A stretch of 60,302 nucleotides of DNA, the filler included, from Catajapyx aquilonaris (Eukaryota), in NCBI GenBank assembly GCA_000934665.2. It is 2 parts of 2 records of this genome, joined end to end, with 100 filler letters (N's around TTAATTAATTAA, not from the genome) between each part and the next. Parts side by side here need not be neighbours in the genome. Positions count along the whole stretch, not along the records: positions 30,057 to 60,302 come from KZ539200.1; 1 more part is not named here. One strand, written 5' to 3'. The stretch's first letter is position 1; every line of letters begins with the position of its first letter. Below the pieces are notes generated by a model that searched no databases, had not been told where the DNA came from, and saw nothing but the letters and a program-made list of their open reading frames with translations. Positions 50,401-60,302 of the stretch are shown in pieces. Made by a program: the position numbers and the translations under genes.

Positions 50401-53386
50401 GGCAAAGTGTGTGACCCACATTCTCTTTTCCAGTTATATAGCAACATTGTTCATTACTTACACTGTAAAGGCCTGATTCGAAGCTGCTTATTATTAAGCT
50501 GTTTTCCATTTAAGCTGAGTGTGCTCATTTTAAACTTCTGCGAGGAGTTGTAGAGCCTTTAAAAAAATTGGTTCGATAACTGAATCGACTTTCCAATGCT
50601 GAAGAAATCTGCAGTGCCACACATGCAAACCTTGTTACATGGTCCCTTCTCACACACAAAAAAAGGAGGAATATACCCAGGGTCTGCAAAAATGCGATTT
50701 TCGCCAGCCAAGAGCCAGCAGGAACATAGCCTCCCCTTGCACGTCATGTCTAACTGACTTCTACCTCGAGTCCCGAGCGCCGCTTACTTATTCATGAGAG
50801 CAGCGAGAAATAAGTGGCCGGTCATCCATCTCACCCGGCGAATTAAATTAGGAAAGAAATGAAAATAAACCGGGCGGGAGTAAAGCAATGGCGATACACG
50901 TACCAGAAACAAGCAAAAAAGAGAGCTAATACACACAGGGTGGTTCACTGCCCAAATCTCCAGATTATCACTCGTGATTGTTGCTTTTCTCTTCAATCGC
51001 TAGGATAAGCACCGCTATTCAACTGTTGAACTTTTTCAGTAGCTTATAAAATCCCTGAGGTTACGTGGATTGATGGAGGGCTATGCAGTCGAATCCGAAA
51101 GTAATAGTTCGGTACAGTCGATATCAGCCAGCATGAAGTCCCATTTTTCAATTCTTGGATTTTGGTGCAGCAGACTGCTTTGTCAGGAGATCGAGTTCCA
51201 GACACTTTCTTATATTCTCGCGTCGTGTAGAGTGGGAAGTCTCGATGATATGCCATTTTTGACGTAGAGCATTTTTCTGACGGGGGCGTTGTTGCTGCTG
51301 TGTTAATGAGTGAAGGTCCCACAGGAATAAGCGAACTAGACAGCGCAGCACTCGCTCTTTGTGATGAAAACTTTGGCATTATGGCATTATGCAGTGTAAG
51401 CCAACGCGCTTTAATAGGCTTGACACCTATCTGGGTTTTATTTTGGGCCTGGGCAGAGAGGGGGTGGGGAGCTGCTCTGACGATGGCGCCTAAGCATGTG
51501 GTCGTTTCAATTTTCACCGAAATTGACCCTGCAGCCCCTGCAGCGTTTCAAAGTTCAGATGCGGTGGGGGGAAAAAAAAGTAGTTGAAATTTTAGCGTGC
51601 GCATGTGAGACCAGTGATTTGCTGCGAGATTTCTGTGGTTCTCCGGAAGCTATAATTTGCGCTCAACTCGGGTTTCTGCAGTGGGAGGGAAAAAAGGAGT
51701 TGGCCAACTTTAGTTGCAATCGAGCAAAATTCCACTTTACGACTGCTTTGCCTTTAGCATTTTAATGCGTTTACGGTGCCTTCATATATGTTGCATTGGG
51801 TTTTGTCTACAGATCCTGGGGGGTTTTTTTTGGAGGGGAGGTGGGATGGGAGTAATAGTGTTGTTGTAGCCCGAATTTACTTTTGTTCGCTGTTTTATCG
51901 AAGAAACTACTATGAGCAGAAACTCTGACTCACCCTGTGTTCTGTTCCCTGCCCAAAGTCCACCGTTTTCCAGCACTCTCCCCCTCCATTTCCATTCTGG
52001 CGCTAATAGCAGCAGGAGCCCAAATAGCGAATCCGGGAAGACGATCCCCCGGAATGTTTGGTCAGGAAGTCATCCAGGGAGAACCATTTTCTGCCAATGG
52101 GCTCCGTCTCCCCTTCTGCTGGGAACCATCTTACAACCCAAGGGGAAACCTTGCCCCCATCCATTGAGGTTCAACTCCAAGATGACCTCAGAGTGTAACT
52201 ACATCCTTGCCATCATGTCAGGGGCTCACCAGTGCATATAGCAGCAGCGTGTAAAGGTTTGGTTGCCGGAGGCTACCATTCCCGCCCGGCCATTGAAAAG
52301 TGCCGTCAGGTATCTCATGAAATATCCAACCGAGGGTCATGTAAAATTCAGCCCCGTTTGTTTGGCCGATGCCCAGGGGATCCGGTGTAATTCGAAACCG
52401 CCGTATGTACCAGGGAAGCCGCTTTAAAAAAAAAAAAAAGGCGTGAACATCGGGCTTGGAATCACTGGTCTTATGTGTGAGGGGAAAGGATGTAATTGTT
52501 ACCAGAAGGTTGAAGGAAATACGCTTTTTTTTGTCTGTTAGGATCCTGGGAGAGAAGGCTGAAGTCTCGTTAGGCATACTGGAACTTGCGTCAGTCCGCA
52601 AGTGATGTGTAAATTACTCCCGGGCTAACCCAATAAGCTGCTCTCTGGCTAATGCGCGTAATTATTTTAGCACGCATGTGCTCGTGGAGATTGGCGGTGT
52701 TCTTGGGATCCACTAGCAGTCCGTTATTTTTTGGTGGGTTTGTTTTGCATTCTGGTTCACTCTCATCCTTGGTACGCCATGATGAGCCTGTCACCCGTTT
52801 CAAATAATTGTTATAGTTTTATCAGAGTTGTTGTCTAACTACGGTAATTGTGCTCATTTGGAAAGAGTGTAGGGAGAAGGAGAGCATAACACTATTGTGA
52901 TTTTAATTTCAAGCAGCTGGTTGCTATACGAAGTAAAGAGAGTAAGGAAGTTTAATTGGAGTTGACCAATCGTTACTTTAAAAAGAAATCTTCGCTCTGA
53001 GTTCCGCCTGTATAATTACTTTTGCGAAGATGTGATAAGAATTAAAATGGACCGTTAAAAAACGCTTAACTCCTTGACAGGTGCCAGCGGAGAAACTGAA
53101 ATATCCCAAATTTTTCGGGGGGAAGAACCAGCTGGTATTGGAAAACGCAAGAAGAACTGGGTCACTCCTTCTTGATACACTGTATAATATACGGAGGGAT
53201 CTGCAAGCGGCTGAACTCCTTTTTTCCCCCAAATAGTATAGATTTTCGGTGGGAAAAAAAGGAGGGTATAGTGGGGAGAAGAGTGAGAGGAGAAGAATGA
53301 GGCAAAGTGTAGGAAGGGCTCCGTAGCAATTGCATTAATTTTTAAACGCCGGTGGAGTATACCAGGCACACCAGAGGCAGGGGAGG

Positions 53387-53697
53387 GGGGGACTTTTGGG
53401 GGCTGGAGGTGTGTTCCGATGGATTCTCTCCTCCTCTTCTTCTTCCTCAGAAAGGAAATTTCCCAGCGGGAAAGTTCCAGAGCGGACTGTGGGTTGAGAG
53501 GCCGGGACAGGATGGGTTGGGGAGGGGGCGAAGAAAATAAANGGGGGACTTTTGGGGGCTGGAGGTGTGTTCCGATGGATTCTCTCCTCCTCTTCTTCTT
53601 CCTCAGAAAGGAAATTTCCCAGCGGGAAAGTTCCAGAGCGGACTGTGGGTTGAGAGGCCGGGACAGGATGGGTTGGGGAGGGGGCGAAGAAAATAAA
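53387..53697. repeat. Identical 155-bp tandem duplication around a single N (probable unmerged contig overlap)
   Basis: 53387-53541 equals 53543-53697, with the N at 53542. Confidence 0.9.
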
Positions 53698-54950
53698 GAA
53701 TATATATAACTTATATAAAAGTGTACTGGGGGGGTGCGTTGTGCCTTGGGTGTCGCCTTCTGCATCACTCCTGGCCGCGGCCCATTATTTTGATGAGAAT
53801 ATTTATAACTGAATGAGGTTAACGGCAGGAAGCCCGACTCCATACGCCAAGAGTGCAGTCTAAATCATTCCCTTCCTTGCGCCGGAATTATCGGGAAACC
53901 ATTCCGGGAGAAGAAAGAGTGCGTGTAGGCACCGCGTAAAAATTCTGAAGCCTTTGAATTTGCAACGAGACACAGCCCATAGTCGGTCCTGTCATTTCTT
54001 ATTCCCAAGTGACTTGTACTGTATACTTCGAGCTATTGCGCCAGTCCTGGGTGTGGGTATAGGATCTATCGTCGGGCCTTGTTTCAATGTGGGCTCGATG
54101 TAACTAGTACAAACAGGCCATGGAATAATCCTGGCCTATTCCCTCCCAGTATTGGTAATGGCCCGACGAGCGATGAATCATCGCTTAAGTGTGAATTGGT
54201 TCCCCCCCCCAATTGTGTCCGCGAGAATGAAAAACGGGCGAAGATATTTTTTATTCGTCGCCATCCAAGTGCCGTAGGCGATCGGGATCATTATCCAAAT
54301 CGTGTGTCCTCTCCATATCCAACCTCTCTCTTTTTTTCGGCTGAATTGCCAGACTTTTGGGAACATATCACATTCATTTTGCGAGGGGCAGTCTGTCGCT
54401 GAAATGCTGAACGGCAACGAGTCGATTGGCACAGATTACTACAGTGCAGGACGTGCCCTACTTTTTTTGCGGTTAGACTGCGTACTTTGCTCGAAATGTA
54501 CAGTATGTGCAGCTGAGAGCGGGCTACAATCGCTAGGGAAAAGAAATATTTGTGCATGGCTCTAGTGCGTTTGCTTATATTTTTAGGCTGATGGAAAATG
54601 GTGCTGCTATAGGCCAATGACCATTGGGAGATTGATCTTTCCGTTCACGATGCCGTCATTCTCGCGTCCGATTTTTCCTGATTAAAAAGACGGCCAATCA
54701 GCGTGGCTACATAAATTCACCTGCATCGATACCTACTCTGACGGACACTTGATTAATGCCCCTGTTGCATCCTGTCGTGACAGATGTTTGTAACAGTTTG
54801 TCAAGGATCACCGGCTATCACGACGATATTAGATGAGGACGTCATTTTTGTCACGGACCGAAATTGCTCTCAGTCCATCCTGTGTAATAATAGTCCCAAC
54901 AATTTTTACAATGCATTGGAAGTAATACGCTTTGTCCTTTTTTCCCTCAG

Positions 54951-55012
54951 GCAAACCGGAAGCCGTCGATCAGGCGATGGCAAGAAGGTGCTGGAAGACG
55001 GCCAGGAAGAAG
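54951..55012 (+). CDS. X11L: Mint/X11 62-nt exon; the gene continues beyond the window
   Basis: Strong acceptor (TTTGTCCTTTTTTCCCTCAG) and donor (AAG|GTAAGT). The phase 2 join completes PVWIPR-Q and encodes RQTGSRRSGDGKKVLEDGQEE. Confidence 0.78.
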
Positions 55013-58000
55013 GTAAGTCCACACCCTCTCTCTTCGCTTTTGTGGCATGTTGGCCCAGAAGGGTGTGGTTTTCCGTTGAAGAGACATAGCCGGCACTTTA
55101 CCCCCGGTGGCTGTTATGCGTGTCGTAGTAACCAAAGTGCGTCATTAGGCTCCTAATGAGGCAGACCGGTCTTTAGGAAGCCGGAGCAGAGCTTCGTTTA
55201 GTCCCTGCCGTTTCGAGTATACATCAAACATCGCTATAGGATGAGAGAGGATGGAAAGAGGAGGGGGTTAATGATGAACAGACACGTTGCTTGTGTAAAT
55301 CCATTAGTCGGTGGGAGTAAAGGAAAGGTATATGGAGAGAGTTGGGAGGGGTTTGACGACGAAGCCCGTATCACAGGGAGGGCCTTGCCTGTGCTTTCAT
55401 ATCGGAGAACCCAACTCATGTCATGGTAATTTGCTCTGCGGATTTTGGGTGGGCTGGGAGGTGTAACCAGTGTCGTCAGATTCTGCAGAGAGGTGCGAAA
55501 CTGCTGGAGGGGGTTACCATTATCACGTCTAATATTGGGCACTGCAGCCCTGCTTAATCACGGGCACAGCGGTTATGACGCATATTCAGCTGCGGTGGTG
55601 ATCCATGTTGATGTGCCCTTTTTTTCTCCGCTTATTAACCTGATGTGAGTTCCGAGGATGATGATTGTTTAAGGCCAGACCGCTGTGCAGTTCAGGACAT
55701 GCTTTGAAAACTGACTGTAACACGCTGGCTTGTTTTTATTCGCATTACGTAGATTACCTATATATGGTTTGTGTTGATGCCAAAAATGAAGCCTTTTTAC
55801 CTGACAAAGAAGTGGAGCAAAATTTTTTACGAGGTTTCTAAACAGTCCTGACCACATTTTAGCCACTTTGTACCCTTGACATTTTGCCGCGCTTAACTTT
55901 GCAATATGGTGTTTTAATTGTTTACAAAAAAAATGAGGTCGGTGTTTATCAACCCAACCCTCTGTACCAATAACGAAATGTGTGCTCGGGGCACGTAACA
56001 TATACACACACTAGGTTTTTTTCCCGGACTCTCTTTTTATTTGGGCATGTGAAGGTGGACAAGAGCTTAAGGGCATCATTTCCATATTTTTTGGGGGGGA
56101 TGTGCCGGCAGTCGTCGTAATTAATGGAACTCATCCGCGGTTTTTAGTTGAGCCGTTTCAGTGGATTTGACGAGTCAGGGACATAATTTCTGGTTTTATT
56201 CCGAAGAGAGGACTTGTGTGCGCCGAGACATTAATGCGCAAGCAAACGCTCGTGTCCGTGAGTTGGGCGGAGGCAAAAAGGCAAGCCCCTGTTTTATGAA
56301 TCCAATAACTCCCAGTAGCACCTCATCAAACGGGGATCGAGCACATTTCGTATCATTAAATCCGGATTGTGCGATGATATGCGGACGATTGACGATGCTC
56401 GGATTTTCAATTGTGATTTTTTTTTTTTTTAAATTGCTACTGTCCGATTCGAGCTCACCGAGACTTACATCGACCGACATGTTTTTTTTTTTTTTGTCAG
56501 GGCAAACGTTTTGCAAAAGTGAGCAAACATTTAAGCTATACGCGTGCTTTAGACGCTGCAAAATTCTCTTGTCAATACGCCGGGTGCGCTGAACTCCCAA
56601 ATCGCTTAGTGGGTCAGGTAATTATACGGATACAGGTAGACGCCAGGGACGGTTGTAATTAAATTTAAGCGGAGCGTAACATTATTTTTAGATGCGTCAT
56701 TTTGGGAAATGTAAATGTAGCACAGGGAAACAATAAGTTTGGTTCTTAATAAAGCAGAAGTTCTGGTCGAAATGAGCGGGTACTGTACAGTACATTGCAC
56801 TCTATTCTCGCGTACACATCGGGATCTACCAGTGGGAGTGCGCATGTCCGACTAAAGCCACGCTATTGTTGAAGGTGTCACCAACGCATGGTTTCCTAGT
56901 TATAACTGAGTCGTTGCTGCCAACAATAATATTGGTAACAATGGAACAGTCTGGTGCAACTGTAGTTTTTCATGTGGGCAACAACCCGATTTCGACTGCA
57001 TCCTAATTCACGGCGCATGTTGTTAACCCTATGATGTATGTAATTTGATCACGTGCTTTCGACATCCGGATGAATGGTTCCCATAGTTGTTCAAAAACAA
57101 TTGTTGCACACCATTTATGAAGGAGGAAAGCTGATCCTGGATCACCTATAGCACCGTGTGTACTGGCAGGTCCTTTCATTGGGGATGTACTGCACGTAAA
57201 AAGGTACCTTATAGTATATATATTTTTTGGAGCACAGCTTGATTGCTCATTAAATCACACTCGTGCAGTCTCCGCAGCTTCAGTATGTCATTACGCGAAT
57301 TACATTTGAAAGTGCCCCTTATTAGGTTACCATAATTTAAATTCCATAGATACGCAAATGAGACACCTCGTTATTCGAAAATCCCCCCCTGCAGTTATAA
57401 TGCGCCTAGGTCATCGCTTCAGCCTGTCCCCATATTAAAGGTGGGCCACGTTTCTCACGTTTTAGGGATGCAAGTCATGAGCCCTGGTAATGCAATGTAG
57501 GGCGCTGATATCGCTGGCTGCTGCTTGTGCCGCCGCTGCCTGGGAAATAAATGTGTTAGCTGCGCAGTTCGACGGGGGCCCAACCCAGGGCCCAACTTCA
57601 AAGTTAGGCACCCCCTCTCGGTTTTTGTTTGCCTTTTGCTCCAAAGTGAATAAGGGAGCCCTCATCACATCCCGTATACTCACCGGGTGTTTCAGAATTT
57701 ACCTCACATCCGTATATCGATGAAAATTTTTGCCTCGCTTTCACCTCACTGCAGACATTTCAAAATATGGGTCAGCATACACTAATATTAGTAAGTGATA
57801 TTTTAAACCTCCAACAGGATGTTCCAAAAATAAACAGCTGAGTGCTCTTTTTGGAACTTGCTGCATAATTTACTTCCTCACTTGAAGGTGAGTTAGTGGA
57901 ATGAGCTTCCGTGCGATTCTTTTCCAGGTACGTCAGTGTTGCTAAGGGAATTGTCTTCTGTTGAGCCTAATTTTGTATTCAGCATGTACGTCTGAACAGG

Positions 58001-60302
58001 TTGTTCGGCTGTTCCCAACCAATGACGCCAGACCTGTAAAAGGGGGTAGGATTAATAAAAGTTGAAAAGAAATTTTGTACGCATATACGGATGTGAGCTC
58101 AATTCTGAAACACACGTCCTTTTTGAGGTAATATTGCCCACTTCAGTGTCCGGACAGACAGGGAAATCATCCTGACAGCCATGAAGAGTTAAAGTTTACT
58201 GCGAATTTGTTGCTATGAAAAGGGGACTGCTTGCGAAATCCGGACACACAGCATGGTTTGTACCCAAAGGGACTTTTGTGCCCGTGTCTCTTGCAAAGCG
58301 CGGGACGTTCGGTAATAAAAAGGAAGAACCAGTCGTAAATCTCTCGCGAATTTTTTTGCACTATCGCAATTAACCGCATCTGCTCTCCCAGTTGTGGACG
58401 TGTCTTGTATGTGACATTCCATTGATTTTGGTAATAAACATGGCTTAGCGAATTTCAAATTGTGTGCTGTCTCAAGTCTGCAGACTCGACATGTATGCTA
58501 CACCTGGCAGACCTTCACCTAAATAAAGCACAGGTATGCGCCCCCGGATATATACCATGTGATTTGCCGGTTCCTCGCCCCCAACCCCCGCACTTTCCCC
58601 CCCATTCCCCCAGCCAGATCATTGCTCCTTGGAAACCAATGAAACATGCATGGTGTGGTGGGACTGTCGCAGCAGGTCAATAGATTCCAGCTGGAAATAG
58701 CCGTGCGTCGTCGGGGGGGTTGATATGGGCAAGAGGGGGGCCCAAGAAAAATTGTGCCATGTTCGCACAGGTCGGCCGTTGACTACACCTTATACAGCAC
58801 GGACTGTAAAGGACGACGTCCCTTTATCGATTGTGAGGATCAATCTAAATCGACTCCCCCCTTACAAACATTTTTTTTTTTTCTTCCTCCTCCTCCAGCC
58901 GTACAGTCTCAGACAAAGTTCAAGCGTCGCGGAAAATGGTTGAATATTATTTTTCCCTTTCTCGCTTTCTGCTTGTACAGAATGCGTTTCACGTACCCCC
59001 TTCCAAGTAAAGCTAGGTACAAAGGACTGAATGGAGGTGATTTTCGTCATATGGACGTGACCGTGTTCCACGATTTTGTTACCCAGTGGAATTCAAGCTG
59101 TGGTTTTTGAGCCTTCTCGGATTAGGAAAAAACCGTCAAAAAATGTGTGGCGGACCAGGTGGAGCAGAAATCGTAATCTGACTTGGAACTATATGCAACT
59201 GTTTAAAAAAGAGAGAGAAAAATCTCCCGGATCCCCATTCAAAAAGGGTCTGGATTTAATCAGGGGGCTGCAGGAATGAAATTTTCAGTGCGTTTCTGAA
59301 TTGGCTCTCGAGTCCATTATTCACACATCTGTTGAACATTTGATGTGAATAGGTGGCAATCAGGGTTTTTTTTTCCGGGGAGTGCGTTTGTGCCCGTTTC
59401 CAGAGGATATTCATCGCGTTATTAAAAAGCCAGCCGCCCGTTATCTTCGGGCATGGAAGGAAACAAGAGTTCTCAGACTCCCGAGGCCCATTGACCCGGC
59501 CAACATCAAAGAGCAATAGGACTGGAAACGTCCNNNNNNNNNNNNNNNNNNNNNNNNNNNNNNNNNNNNCCCCCCCCCCCCCTTCTCCGCAATATAAGTA
59601 GCAGGCGTGCCTTCAACGCTGGATGTTGACTCTGTCTACTCCCCGACTTTCCTACATGTTTGCTCAGCCTTATATTGGCCATTGGCCCAGTTGGAGGGCG
59701 ACTATAGGAGGGCAAGAAAGTTAAGAAAAAAGGGCGACGGAATTGTGTCAATCGCTACAATAATAAAAAAAAATTGTGCCGAGAAAATCATTTCATCTAA
59801 TTGCCACGCTTGATAACCAGGATTGGGGCAATCACCTGCCTTTTTTGGCTGATAGTATGCATTTTTCTTACGCTTCTTCATGATTGATTGGGGAGGTGTA
59901 TCCGGATCCTCTTCCATTTAATCAATGGAAATATCTCGCCTTTTTTTTTTAACGAAGTCTTTTCTTCGATCGGGCATTTTTTTTCCGACGGCCGGATCTT
60001 GCCTTTCAAAATCACGCTGGCACCTCACAACCATTTGCGACGGCATTGTTGTCAGGAGAATGCACATTCTGGCTCCTTTTTTTGGGGGGATGGACTGGTA
60101 CTACAGCGAGCTGCTGCATGCGTAGGATGTCTCAGGAACGAAAGTTTACATGCGCAAATTCCCTTTTCTGCATGGCCGAACTTGGATGTACAAAAAAAAA
60201 ATTGCAGGTTATTATTAATTGTTGTGGAGTTTTGTTTTGCAGTGCAATTAATGACTAGCAGGAAACAAGCGTTTTTTTTAAAAAAAATACAAATATAGTG
60301 CG

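Noticed and set aside
53055..53843. 262-aa ORF with an internal repeat, or a real tandem duplication
   Set aside because: The repeat is a 100% identical 155-bp duplication around a single N, typical of an unmerged overlap. The ORF is an artefact.
55013..60302. Further X11 exons (PTB/PDZ) or other genes among the short ORFs
   Set aside because: No PTB- or PDZ-like translation and no convincing exon found; the ORFs look like random intronic frames.

Overview
Eukaryotic (most likely arthropod) genomic DNA from a draft assembly, with long AT-rich introns and no prokaryotic-type features. It holds two plus-strand spliced genes. (1) A complete 7-exon RGK-family (Rad/Gem/Kir/Rem) small GTPase gene, 2771-27820, predicted 577 aa. 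All six introns are GT-AG and phase-consistent, and there is a TATA/Inr-like promoter. (2) The 5' part of a Mint/X11/APBA (lin-10) gene: a 2.5-kb first coding exon from ATG 41734, an exon with the Munc18-binding-like helix and CASK-interaction motif (NPVWIPRQ), and a 62-nt exon. The PTB/PDZ exons are not seen and presumably lie beyond the window. A 100-bp artificial spacer (N44-TTAATTAATTAA-N44) at 29957-30056 lies between the genes, so their adjacency may not be real. Also present: an intact tRNA-derived SINE with a 15-bp TSD, a TTAA-flanked piggyBac-type MITE, a perfect 68-bp palindrome upstream of the RGK promoter, three (AAT)n microsatellites (one occupying a 3' splice site), a short TTAGG array, a triplicated decayed exon-like module on the minus strand, and assembly artefacts. 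I cannot support a wholly new biological system here. The best leads are splice-site architecture, uncharacterised conserved-looking protein motifs and possibly new repeat families.
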